Source of the DNA: Phoronis australis
Lineage: Eukaryota; Animalia; Phoronida
Reading direction: 5' to 3'
NCBI GenBank assembly: GCA_002633005.1
Contig: NMRA01000053.1
Span: forward strand, 320,131 to 384,130
DNA length: 64,000 nucleotides
The position numbers were made by a program, and so were the translations under genes. Positions 28,301 to 42,500 of the stretch are shown one piece after another. Under the pieces are notes generated by a model. The model saw only the letters and a program-made list of their open reading frames with translations, was not told the origin of the DNA and did no database searches. Position 1 is the first letter of the stretch; the number at the start of each line of letters is the position of its first letter.

Positions 28301-30543
28301 TTGCCGATGATTTCTGATGACTGTGGCGCCTCCTAGTGGCGGTTTTGTTTTTTTACACCCATACCTGTATCTCCTAAGACCTCTGCAGGATCTTTAATAA
28401 ATTTAGCATGTGAATTTATATGAAGTTAATAGGAGAAGATGACGACTTTTAGACGAATCCGATGAACACTGTGCCCCCTAGTGGCAATTTCGTTTATTTT
28501 GTTTTCCTCTGTTTCTCTGAAGTTCCTTGGCAAATTTTAATTAAAGTTCAACTTGGTAAATGGCTTTCTTTTAAAGAAACGATGACATTATTTTGGTTTT
28601 CAGACAGATTCAACATATTTTGCACCATCTAGTGGCCATTTTAATGATGCAAATAAACAACCCTAAAAGCACGCCATTTGCGATGCATTCATGGGTGTAT
28701 TTCAACGCTCTGCGTTGCTCTTGTTGTTATTCCTGTGAAGTATGCATCTTGTATGGTAAAGTTTCTTTAAATTCAAAAGAAAGATCATGGCACAACAGTA
28801 AAATGTTATTTCATCAAAATTTTAAAAAGATTGAACTAGATGAAAATTTTACTTGATCATTTGAAAACTTTTCATAGTATGCCTGTTGTCAATAAACAAA
28901 CAATGAAATTTTGAACATTTTGGCAATACGGTGAGCATCAGAAAAACAAAAACAACTAATATTTTGGCAATTGTTTTGTTCGAACTTGAGGAAACTTTAC
29001 GTTCTGGGCAACAAAGTGTGTGTGCTATATACAGCCAGTCACAATAGCCAAAGAATAAAGTCAATAGATGACCTTGAACCTTAAGTTTATTACGTTCATT
29101 TAAGATTAATCTATGCGCCTGTAAAATGACTGTATGTTTGCTAATGTTGTCAAAGTTTTGTTTAAAATTTTGAAAAAATATTTCACCTCCTCTGTTTAGC
29201 TCTATTCAGTTCATTTAAATCTCTATTCAGTTGATGAAGTTCTGAAGTGCAATTGATATTTTGTTGAATTTGTTTCCATTACATATTGTACATTGTATTG
29301 GTTTGCATATCCCTGAAAATCTCAATTGTACATTGTATTGGTTTGCATATCCCTGAAAATCTCAATTGTACATTGTATTGGTTTGCATATCCCTGAAAAT
29401 CTCAATTGTACATTGTATTGGTTTGCATATCCCTGAAAATCTCAATTGTACATGTGCAGATGAGAATGAGTGTGCCTTGGGTACACATAAATGCTCGCAG
29501 ACATGTGTAAACACAGTTGGTGGTTACCAATGTGCCTGTCAAGATGGATATTTATTGGACAAGGGAGATAACAAGACGTGCACAGGTATACTGATGTCAT
29601 GTCACAGTGGAATTTTTAATTGTTGAACTGAACGTTGGTTTTTCACATATTTTCATTGTCATTGATATATTGACCTGTCTTGTAACTTAATTTGGATTAA
29701 TCAGTCGATACTCTTGCCTTTAATGGAGGCAGGTTCTCCAACAATGACATCGGTGTCAGTTGTGATTAAGTTCCAGAAATTAAAGTATGTTGTTTTGTGG
29801 CTCCCATGTGAGGTAGTGAACCATTAATAGAAAATTATGTTTCCCTTGGCTATAGCCACAGGTGCATTTTGGGGACTTTTCAAAAAAGGGTTCGAGATGT
29901 TGATTGAAATTGATATGGACAGGTGCCTTTTTCTTTTAGTAGAAAGGCGGAGGTTTCGAAAAGTGTCTGGGAGTACAGACAAGAACTTTAAATATCCTGG
30001 ACGCAAATATGCAATTTTAGTTGAGGAATCGTCTTTTATCTGCAAAATTCAAGTAGATTGTGTCTGTTCCAGCATAGAAACAAATTAATCCACCTCGAGA
30101 CAAATGACGGACTCCATTTCTGACCATGGCCTGTTGGCACACTGCGTCATTTTATGTCTGACTATTTGTGACTTGGATATTACAGATGTCAATGAATGTA
30201 TCGCCAGCAAGCCGTGTGATCAGCCGTATGAATTCTGCAGTAACACAGAGGGATCCTACAAGTGTAATTGTAAGGAGGATTACCTGCGGAAAGGCACAAC
30301 CTGTGAAAAGGGTAAGAGAGTTTGTTATGTTAAATCTTCAACTGTTAGGCGCTCAATGTGGTGGAAAAGTGATATTATGTTTTCAAAAATTCATCAACAA
30401 AAAGAAAGATCATGGAAATTTTAGTTTTATAATGCGTGAGTGGTGTTCAGTCAGTTGTTTTAATTAGAACAATTCTCGGATTAGTCTGAATTTTTGAATA
30501 GAAATTATGTCATAATTTGGCAATTATTTATGCGCATACACTA

Positions 30544-30583
<40 letters not shown>

Positions 30584-33500
30584 GCATTAGTATTAAGAGT
30601 TAAACTGTCGTCATCACTGAACATTTTCACTTATTGAAACAAAGATTTTGAAGTTTGTTTTTGTGAAGGAAGGTAGGTTTATATCTGCCGTATGAATGAC
30701 TTATCTCCCCTTTCTTCCAGCCTCTGTCAAGTTTGTGGTGTCAGTTGCCCTGAAAGAAGGAATCCCTGGGCAGAAGTGGGATGAGATTAAGAACTCGTTG
30801 TCAGCTGCTCATAAAAATTTGGAAGAGCGAGTCAAACGGGGGGTAGGTGTACTGAGTTAGAGAGTTGAGTCATAGTTGCACATTATTGCTTGACCACGTG
30901 AAATTGCTAAATCTGTTGCTATGTTGTGATTTTTTTTGTTCCCTTTATATGAGCACTACTGGTCATGTTTCTTGTCCGATCGACGTGATGTTTGCATGTA
31001 ACAAGTATCTTATCAATAGCTCAAGACCTGTCGTTTTTGGTGGAAATCAGACACAACCTGACACTGTATTGACCATTTTTCTTTTTTCCTCTTTTAGCAC
31101 AAAAATGCGTGGCCACCTCGTTAATGATCTCTCCATTATGGCGACTGCTTAATATGCTCAATATGATCAATTTCTTTTTTTCATTTTTGATGGTGTGTTC
31201 TGGTTAATTCTATATTTTGTATTAGTAGCAGGGAGGAAAAAATTGCCTTGTTGAATATGCTCAGTTGTAGGCCTATGTGTTTTCTATTTTTGTCCATTTT
31301 CATTGTGAGTATGTCTTCCCTTTTAGATAGCAGATGCTCTTAAAACTATATTCGGAGATAAATTTGTTGGAGTGAAAGTTCTGTCTATGAGGTAAGTTAG
31401 AACACCACACGCAGTTCTTGCTTATAGATTTTGCCAATACTTCAAGCTGTATTTCATCCTGTTTTGCTAGCTAAAAACAAAAATCGATTGTGGACTTTCA
31501 ATAATCTCATAAAATCGGTCTCATTTCATTCCCTACTGTGATATGATTACATTGCCCTTACTAAATTGGTCACAGGCACTGCCTACCCAATGTCACATTT
31601 CATTTTCGCATTTTTAAGGATAAAAATGGAATCCAAATGTTAGTAGTATTCCAAAACTGATTTTATGAAATGTAAAAGGCCTAATTCAGTTTCTGTGTTT
31701 TAAAGATGTATTTGCATGCTCCTAATTATGCTAATGTATAGCAGGAACTAAACAACAATGCTATTTGAACATCATCTATGCTAAACAAAGTGCACTTGTA
31801 TTCATCGACCACTTGTAAGTTTGCCTTTGTGAAAACAAAAAAATCTGCAAATAGGTGACTTTTGCACTAATGACGTACCTGGCGCGCTCACATAGCCCGC
31901 ATCGTGCTGTGTTCTTCCCCAGCACCACATCATGATACTTACTAGACACGGTTCAGTGATTTGCAGCAGATCATTTTCGACACAAAACTTTCTCTAAAAA
32001 ACATTTGGCAATTTTTAATGCATTTCATATTCACATCGTCACTATAGGTTGATTAAATTTGACCAAGCCATCGTAGAGATATGGAATTGGAGTGCAAGTT
32101 CATCTTTAAGCATCTTAATTGAGCAAAATGTAGCTGTAATGTTTAAACTCAAGTTCAATAAACATGAATGGCTAATTAAAAACAATCTATCAAACCCCTT
32201 TTCATAGAAAAACCAGTTTACAGCAGATAGTGAAGTTTGAATCGTGACATTGTTTTATTCTCAGTCAAGGCAGTATAGACGTGGAGACTGGAGTCTACTT
32301 CAGCTCACCTGACCCAGCCATCACAGGCGCTGTCGTGAAGCAGACGTTAGTTGATGCAGCGGTCACTTCTGGCAGCTCTTACCGTCTCGGTCAACTTGAA
32401 CTTGATAAGCCTGCTGATGAGGCTGTGACTGTCAAAGGTAAGGTTGTACTTCAGTTTAAATGGGATATTTTTTGAAGTTGTTTATCTTACTTAAAAAGTG
32501 TTCTACACATTTACTGTATGTGTTAATTATTCAAAAGTATGGCATTGAATTTTCTTTATGACCTTATGACTGTAAGATGGCATATCGTAGTGGTATTTAA
32601 GGAAGTTTTGGGTTCCACTTCGTCATGGTGTGTTGAGGTGCTGAGTCACATTCAGTTCTCAACTGATTATTGTTATACGTCAGTCGATCATGTCAATGTA
32701 AATTTATGTTTTTACATTAGCTTTCAACTGTTGTAATGAAGTATGGATATTAGCATTTCATGTTTATTGTATTGCTCATGTTTTTGTAAATAGTCTTTTA
32801 CAGGTGAATTTAATTAATGAATTACTTAATGTGCAACCACTGTTTGCCAGTAATCCACTGGAATTGTANAGTATTGCTCACAGGCTACTTTAGTTTTTGA
32901 CAATATTGGACAAGACAACTAGTTCTTATCTGTCAATCATCTAAGTTCTTAACAGGTCCTCCTGGAGGCGATTTGTTTGCAAGTGTTGGATTTTATGTTT
33001 CAACCCATTAAAAATAATTAAAAAATTATGGGTCATGGGTTGGAGAAATAAATGAAAAATATGGGGAGTGGGTACGAAATAAAAGTGCCTTCCCCCCCTC
33101 CCATACAGATTTTGCTGGAACAGCCCTTACTTAAAAAGTGTTCTACACATTTACTGTATGTGTTAATTATTCAAAAGTATGGCATTGAATTTTCTTTATG
33201 ACCTTATGACTGTAAGATGGCATATCGTAGTGGTATTTAAGGAAGTTTTGGGTTCCACTTCGTCATGGTGTGTTGAGGTGCTGAGTCACATTCAGTTCTC
33301 AACTGATTATTGTTATACGTCAGTCGATCATGTCAATGTAAATTTATGTTTTTACATTAGCTTTCAACTGTTGTAATGAAGTATGGATATTAGCATCTCA
33401 TGTTTATTGTATTGCTCATGTTTTTGTAAATAGTCTTTTACAGGTGAATTTAATTAATGAATTACTTAATGTGCAACCACTGTTTGCCAGTAATCCACTG

Positions 33501-36500
33501 GAATTGTATTTAGTGGTTTCTTCTTGTCTCTTTTCAGTTTACCGACCAATACAAATAAATAAGTAAAATTAACCTGTTATTTTCATGTGATAAAGTCTCA
33601 GTAGGGTCACAAAGAGTTTTAGACCCGGGGTCTAATCTTTGTATTCAAAATCACCATCGAAATTATTTTTGATATTTTCCGTTCTATTCTTATAGGATTT
33701 CAAGATAATTATCCGTTATTCTGTGCTCGAGTACTGTAAAGATTTACCTGGATGACTGTATAACCCTTGTTTGCACTTGGTGATCCCAGCATCAAAAGTA
33801 CTAAGTTCAATTCTGAACTCAAAATTTCGAGTTATAACTCAAAATCTTGAATTTTTACTCGAGTTCTGTAACTTAAATTTAGGGTTTGTCAAAAGTAACT
33901 TAGACAAAAAATATATAAACGTAATACTCGAGCTCAGACTAATAGACACTTATCTCGAGTTTATATTAAACCAGGGCTAAAAATGTTAAAAGAAAAAAAT
34001 TATTTCGAGTATGATTTTTAGTTAAAATCAAACCCCAGGCCATGGTCATCAAATCATAAACAGTCTCTTCATCAAAACATCATGGCACACTTTCATCAAA
34101 ATATTATGGTTGATAAGAAAAATGTTGTCCCACAATTGCGTCGCATTAGAATCTCTTAACCGAATGACTGCTGTTCACATATTACCAACAGTCCCAGTTT
34201 ATGAACTTTGTCTAGTAAATCCATATTAAAATGTCTTAGTGTGTTATTTCGTTGTTTTCTTGTGGGAATCTGTAGCTTTACTGGAAAATGTAATTTCAAT
34301 TATTCTTTATTTGAGATACTTGTTTTAAAATAGTATTTAACTGATCATTTGTCTTCTTGTACGTGTGTTGTAGCCGATGCTTGTAAACTGAGCTCATGTG
34401 ATGCTGTATCCACCGTCTGTGTTAACGCGCAGAATGGAGGCTATCAGTGTCAATGTAAACCTGGATTTGAGTACTACGCACGACTTCCCAGCATGTGCCA
34501 AGGTTAGTACAACTTTCAAAAAATTAATAAGTCTTGTAGAAAAGTGATGAAATTTTGCAGCTGAAGCAGAAATTTCGGACTAACTTTAAGCGTTAGAACA
34601 TTAATATATTTTTTTGATTGATTTAACTATGTTTTTTTGCCATAATAAAACAAATTTCAATGAAAATCATAAACTTTTTCTTGTAACTACTGAGAAGCAG
34701 CTTAAAGTTCAAGGAAGTATTCACTGTTTGGTGTTATCTCAGTGGAATTTCCTGAAACGATTGCATGTAGATAAAGTACACTTGGTCACATTCATGTTTT
34801 TATCTTAAAAGTCATTATTATGGTGTTACAATTAATTCAGTTGTGATTATGCTAATTATTACCAGTACCATAACATTACCATTACTGTTACCATTACTGT
34901 TATTGATATTATTGTTATTGCCATAACTGTAACTATGATTTATGTTATCATTTTTGTGACAGTTATAACAATAGTAATCACTATAAAATCATAATAATAC
35001 TGATAATACCGTAATTGAATTTTCATTACTGTTATTGCTATTGTTATTATTATTGGTGTTGTTGTTATTTTAGTTGGATTTAATAACACGAAATAAGTAG
35101 AATAGTGAAGTGCTATATACAAGAGTTTTGAGTTTGTTGTGTTTTAACTGTAACAGTTGTGTTTTATTTTCAGATATTGATGAGTGCTTAAATACCAGCA
35201 GGTGTGCCAATGGGGCTTGTATTAATACACCGGGGGACTATTTGTGTAAATGTAAAGATGGTTTTAATTTTGACCCGTCTTCAAAAACATGTATTAGTAA
35301 GTATTGACATGTTGGTAGATGTGGAGGAACCATTTCTCAAGTGACAACAGAAAATCAATTATATATATATGAAACTAAAGTCATTTTACAAGCTTTTTAG
35401 CTAATAGCAGGCTCACACTGGTCATTATGCTGAATGTAAGGGTTCTTCAACTAACTAAAACGTCCCCTTCCGCGGCTATAATTACTTGTGAATTCTACCT
35501 TAAGTTGTATACTATTTATAGTATTTATTTTATTATTTATCATCTGCACCATATAAACTAACCATAAAAGCAGAGTATTGTGTTCTACTGGTTAGTACAT
35601 GAGTGGGTGTTATGTTGAGATTTGTGATGTTCAAAAGTATTTGCTTTGCATGTCACAGATGGAGATATAATAACGTACTAGTAGGGCTTAATGTTTAGCA
35701 TAACGTCAATATGCCAATTTCGATCTGACAAACTGTCCAGGCTGCCGATTGGAATGTAAGCTCACCAAAACAAAGCATTTCCGTAATGCAATCGCAAGAA
35801 CGTTGCTGTCACAAATGATCCCTGGTTGGAAAACTTCCTAAATGTCCACCAGACTCCTAAAAACGCCTGGGCGGCATTTTTTAGTCTGCTCGTTGAGTAC
35901 CACTTCCCCTCTGGGCCAATATCATGCCCAGGTTGCACTTCCACCTAAAGGAAAAGTCAGGCAATCTGGATGCATTATTTCTGCATGCTATTTATGGATT
36001 ACAGTCTTAGTTGTGTAACATGATAGCCCAGCAATGTATCTATTGCTGCGGTACACTTTGCTGAATAGTTTTATTTTTATTGTACTGGGACACCCTCATG
36101 TTTGAGAGGTTGATTTGCCTTGATATACTCAATATAGTTTAGACTTACGCTACGGCTTATCATTACAACTTGCATGAATGGACTCGCATATCCTCTGTGT
36201 CTATTTTATTCTAGTGTACAGTTTTAGGAATCCAGGCATTTGAAATGGAAAATAGTTTCTTCACATATAATCAGTTTGAATACCGCGTGTATCTCGCGCC
36301 CATATCATTGTCCGTATGAGGTAAATATTTTGATCATCATCATTGCAGTGCTTTGAACTATAAGTAACCACGCATATAAAAATATGTATTGTGTTGCCAG
36401 TTGACAGTTTTTCATCACCTTCTGCTCAACGCTGTGCTTCCTTTCAGACACATGTGACCCCAGTAAGTGTAAGAATGGTCAATGTCTACCAAGCAACAAT

Positions 36501-39500
36501 GGCTATTACTGCAAGTACGTTGTGTAGAGATTTCTTTGTTTTACTAAGGGGAGTTTTCGATGTTAAAAACACCAAATTTTACGTTGGGTTCCATACCCAA
36601 TTAAACTCAGCTTGTTCTGTGTGTTATTTTTTGGTTTCGGAATAACTTGATAAATTTGTTTAACAACTGATCTGCTGAAAGATATGCGGTATGTGCTGTT
36701 GACGTTCCTTTGTTGTCGGATGTTTCTATAGCTTTAGTACTATTGTAATTGTATGAAGTGTGAAAAAGTGATGCTGCGCTGTTTCTTGTCAAAATAGATA
36801 GGTGGCAGTGCACCATCAGAGAGGTAATCTCTGCATGTGTCTAGTACAACAGATTGACACCTGTTTTTACTGAATTTTGACTATTTGTTTATTTATTTCG
36901 TTATCAGTACTCTAGCCACTATAAAGTCAAAAGATATGCAAGGTTTGTAGGATTTCTATGAGATCTGTTATATTTTATTAGCTTATTAGACTTTGGGTCA
37001 TCACGTCTACCACTGTATCTTGAAAAAATGTGGATATTTTAATGAGCGAACCTGGATATTTTTTGAAGCATTTACGTAATCATTTTCATCCTTATCAGGT
37101 GCAAAGATGGTTACACTGGAAGGCACTGTGAGGATAAAGACACCGAGGCTGATTGTAAGTATGGCTTGTTTTTGAATTAAAATATTTTCTGTTTATGCTA
37201 GACAGTGCTCCATACATAAAAATTTGGAAAGTTTTAGGGATGGACATGAGTTTTTGTGTTGGAAAATTGTGATTTGAGACAGACTGAAAATATAACTGAA
37301 AAATGTCCACTTGCCTTTACCGGTTCCTTGTACCAGATTGGGCAATGTTCTGGCTCATGTAGATTTGCTATTTTTCTCGTTCATTATGAACTTTGATCAC
37401 AGAAAAGAACATTGAACAATTAAGATGGGGAAAACTTGAACTAACTGTTGATTTTCTATTCCCGTATTAGATCTCCGTATGGTGGCCATCACAGTGGGAG
37501 CTGTTGGTGCCGGCGTAATACTCCTGTTGGTGATCTTGCTCATAGTAGCCTGCTGCAGGTAACAAAAACGTGGCTAAACCCGAGTATAGTTTGCATTGCG
37601 ATCATCATAATGGCATGCACTAACTATTTCTCTTCATTTCTGTGATTAATTTGATCTTTTTAATAAGCTTTTTATTGTTTCTTCATCAGTCTTCCTGTTT
37701 GAAAGAAGTTGTACGTTGAGTATATTAATTCTCGTGTGAGATAATTGCTCAGTGTCGTGTTTTTATCTGTATAATACAAACTGTATGCGGGGAAAGTGTC
37801 TAGATGTTCCCCTCCTAAATCATCCGATATAATGTTTGCGTGTTGCCGTTTATCAGATGCAGAAGGAATGGTGGTGAAAACGTATCATATACGGTGTATA
37901 AGAAGTGAGTAGGTCAGGGTAATGCTGCCATTATTGTACGCAGCTGTGTCATAACATGCCGCAGCGGGAGTAGTCGGCTGGTGCCATCTATGGGTCTGTC
38001 CTGAATCTATTTCTCTTCCTGTGGGAGCTGCAGTGTGCATGTTTGTGAATTGACTGGATATTTTTCGTTTTTCTCTGTCTCATTTCAGTTACTACAATTG
38101 AGATGCATGTTTGTTTCGAGCTTAGGTTTTTTGTTTTTTGTGAACTATCTTTTCAGTTCTGTCATAGGATCATAGTTTTTTTGGGTCAAATTTAACTTTG
38201 ACTTGTCTTTTAGGCATTATGTTAGGCTAAACTTAATGTTGAAACCGTAACTACAGCTAAATTATCCTTTTGAAGATGGAGTCGAGATGTGGCTATAGAT
38301 TCTTGAAGATATTTAGTTTTTTTGACTTCAGGACACTTCTGTTCCTTTTGCATGCTCTTTCATGGTTTTACATTTCCAAAAAATATTCAGATTTTTGTTG
38401 CAAGATGTAGGTTTTATTCTATTACTATATGATGTTATGCACGGTTGGTCTGTTACGCTTATGTATTATGTCTTTATAAATAAAGTTCAAACATATGAAC
38501 CCAATATTACATGTCTAGGATTTTTGTTGTGATGAAATCTATTTTGAGCACTGGTTTTCTATAACATGACCATTGCCTTAGGACACCCTGTTTCACGCAA
38601 AGGCGAGTGTTGATGTGTTTGATTTAATTTAATTTTGTGATGCGTCACTAAAAATTGAGTTGTGAAATGAGGCAAGTTAACACTCTTGTCATCTTGTTTC
38701 CTATGGTAATACTGTTGTTTAAATCGAGCTCGTGGGTGTTATTTGGCTTAGACTGCTTCATTTGTGCTTTATGTCAAAGCTGGCCTGACTTGTCAAAGCA
38801 GTGCTCAACTGATAAAATGAACAAGATAAGTTTAAATGCCACTACTCTTTCGCGATTCTTAAACTCTTTCTTCATCTTTGCTGTTATGAACAGAGGCCAT
38901 GTGCCCTTTCAGATACGACTTAGATAACTCTTTTTTTAAGTATCATTTCTTTAGCTTGCGCAGTCTAATTTTTATTCAGTCATAGCTTGGTTGGTCCAAA
39001 CTCACTGCAGTACCTTGTTGTTTAACAATGCATGATTGCTGACACTTAAAAAGTTATGCTTACTTGACGTTGTTATTGCTTTTAATGGCTAACTGCTTGA
39101 AGTTGTTTTTCCTGCTTTACAGATCGGCGAATAAAAATAAGAAAAGGTATTCTGTTTGCCTTAGTTTAGTTCCCATAATCCTAAGCTATTTCTTTCAAGA
39201 GGGGTTTTGCTTGTTGATTTTTCTGTTGCTTATTGTGTTAATCTCTTCATTAGATTAAGTTTTCAAGTCTGGTTACATTCATGATGAATTTTCGTTTGTT
39301 TTACTATTAGGTCCTACTGAAAATTCAACAGGTGTTAATCACATGAACTTTTTCTGGGGTGTATTCACAAAATCTGGCCAGTCACGAATTTGGGGAGGTT
39401 GTAAAAAATGTGCTAACCTTCTCCTGGTGCGTATGGTAATAAAAATCTTGTTCTAGTATTCATTTGCAACAGATTAATTATCATGCAACTTAAAAGGTGG

Positions 39501-42500
39501 CGCTTTACCTGCTTGCATCCATGGTTATGAAATAGAGCACTTCATATCTTAACCAGTAATCACCAGAGGGAAATTTTTGGTTTCACAATACCATGCTTTC
39601 CCAAGAGATAATTACAACAGGGATCATTTTCTGCGTTGGTCTACATTAGTTGCACAGACTTTCTTTCATAAAATGATTCACTTGAGACGTGCACGTCCTT
39701 TTTGTGGGATATTGCAGAAGTATGATGTTTGCTTTTTACTGGTACACTGACATGTGCTACGTGTTTCATGACTTTTTCGTTTTGAAATTCACCATATTTT
39801 CCATTTGGGCTGTTGAGTTCAATTTAGATGACACCACATACTTGTTGATATGGTATGTTAGTGCACGGGAGTTGTCGAAACATGCGTATTAAAACTAAAA
39901 TATGACTACATGCTTTTTATTCAGGTGAATGTTATTAATCTTGGTTGTTGTGCCGAGTAAATATCTTCACCAGGTCGAATGCGGAGTGAAGATATTTACG
40001 CGGCACAGCACCCTAAGCTAATAACATGCACCCTTATAAAAACTCGTTAAATATGTTTAACTTAAATTTGTTGCATGTTTTCATTAGAAATTAGCATTGT
40101 GCATTACTAGCCAGTGTGGAGTTCTTGTTCACGAATTTCACCAATTAAGGGCATAATATGGCGAATAAGTCAAATTTTAAAAAAATCCTGAATAGTAAGT
40201 AGTACCATTACTTCCATCAAACAGTGTTTGTAGAATTAGTGAGGATTCACAACAATCTTAAAGGCATTTGAAAGATGAAAAGATATCTATTTTGGCTGAC
40301 ACTTTTGTCTGCAGACATTGGTGAGATATTATATTACCTATCTGGTACATTGTAATTGATGACTCGGCCAGACTTAATGTATGGTCAACATTTAGACGCT
40401 GTTCTAATGGAGGGGTGCTGTGAATATTGTTGTGCTGTTGTTTTATCAATTAAATTGCTGTTGACTGTATGTCTTTCAAGTTAGTGATTACATTATTAAT
40501 TTGAACAACATCAGCCTTGGATAAAGATTTTTTTCTCATCTAGTTAAAAGTACTCGGTAATGCTCTCAAAATGAATGAAAATGCCATCAAAATGGCCGCC
40601 AGCTGTCCTGCTTTGCTGTCACAATCTGAGACAGTGATATGTGTGTGCTGAATGTCATTGAAGCAACAGAGGGATTTTGGTATCTTTTTATCCATCTCTT
40701 AATGACATGTATGTTCATTGACTCCTTGAGCAGGAATACAGCCGACAGCCACAAGTACACCCCCAGCAGCGTGGAGAGTGCGTCGTTAGAAACGTGGAAC
40801 CCCAACTTGCCTCGGCCCCACTTGGTGAACAACCCTCAATATGAGATGAGGGAGAAACATGTTGAGGAAGGACATGTGAGTGAGAGTTTCTTGACCATGT
40901 ACTTTGATCTGGGGTCTGATTCAGGAAAGTGAATTAAAAAATTTTGGTGTTAAGCTCTCGCTTCTTAGTTGCTAGAAAAATGTTTAGCCAAATAGTTATG
41001 AGCACATAGAAACTCAGTAACTAGCAGTTATGCGTTTTTCCTCAGAGACTGCATTTTTGCTCAAGTGGGATTTAACTATTTTTCAAAATTGGTTGTGTGG
41101 AAGGTAAGACTAAATTTCAGTCATAAGGCTTGAGTCACTTTTCTTGAAACAGACCTTGGAGTTGTTCATTTTACATTATCGATTGTCCAGAAATACTCAG
41201 AAAAACATTTTCATAATTATATGAATTTGGGAAAACGGTTGCACTGGGTATTATTGGTGTTTTCTGATTCCATCAACAAGTGGATTTTTTCACCCTCTAT
41301 AAAGCTTATTCTCTTAGAGCAGTTCTCGCTTTGAGTAGCTCCACAAAAGCTGCATTTCTTGTTCAACTACTGCATCCTATGTTCAAATCCAACACAATTG
41401 CCTTTGTAGAACACTTAGAGACATTTTTTAAGTAACTGTTATTCTCCACCTTGGTACATAAACTTAGGTCAGAAATCCTCTATGTCTGTACACAGGACCT
41501 TTGCAACTGACTTCATTTGATGGTCATAACTAAAAAATTATATTCTTTTCACTTAGTCAAGTCAAGTGTGGTGCTGCAAAAAATGGGATTTTTGGAATAA
41601 TGAAACATTAGTTCCTAGTGAAACCATATCCCTGTACTCAAACTTTAGAATATTTCTGTGAACAGTTTTGAGCCATCCGGTATATGCATTAATGTTACCT
41701 GTTTTTGAAATATTCATAGAATTGCTACAAGCTCTACATGTACAAGGAAACCACTATACTCTTATTGCATACAACTGGTTTATTATTTTTTTTTGCTGTC
41801 AGTCCAGGTTTTATTTATTTTTAATTAATACACAAATATCTCTTGCTAAATTTCAATTTTGTTTCATGTTGAGTTTTACTTTTATTTGTCATTTTGATAT
41901 GTTTTGTTTCTAGACTTATTTTTATGTTTCTTTCTTGTGTATGTGGGTGCGTATTGCCGTCATCTCTGTCCGGGTGTTAACATACATTGCTCTATGTACT
42001 AAACCTCTTGCAGGATCTTATTGACATTTGGCGGGTGTATTCCTATGAATTTTACGTCAAATTTCAGACCCATCTGACTACCTCTTAGCTCGCTAATGGC
42101 AGTTTCAGTTTTTTCCACTAACCTCTGTTCCTTCATGTATTTTCATTTTCAAATGGATTCATCGTATTCTGTGCCACATATTGGCTATTTTTATTATTTT
42201 CAAGTCTACTTCTGGTACCTGGCTCTCTAGCTGCCAAACTACTCGAAGGATCATTATGGAAATTGGTAGATGCTTTCAACATATTGTATGTTTTAGTGGC
42301 GGTTTTTATTGTACTTATCAACACCCCTAAAAGCATACCATTTGTAGTGCAGTTGTGGGTGCACTTCAATGCTTTGCGTTGCTCTTGTAGTTTTATCACT
42401 ACACGTTATTGTAGCAAAAACTTTTCTCGGCTGTTGCTTAGAATAGTTACAACAGTGAAAGTGCTTGCCCATTTGTTTCCATTTCGCCTTGTCATTTGCA

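Noticed and set aside
29285-29453. CRISPR-like regular repeats
   Set aside because: Head-to-tail with no unique spacers, in a eukaryotic intron, with no cas genes
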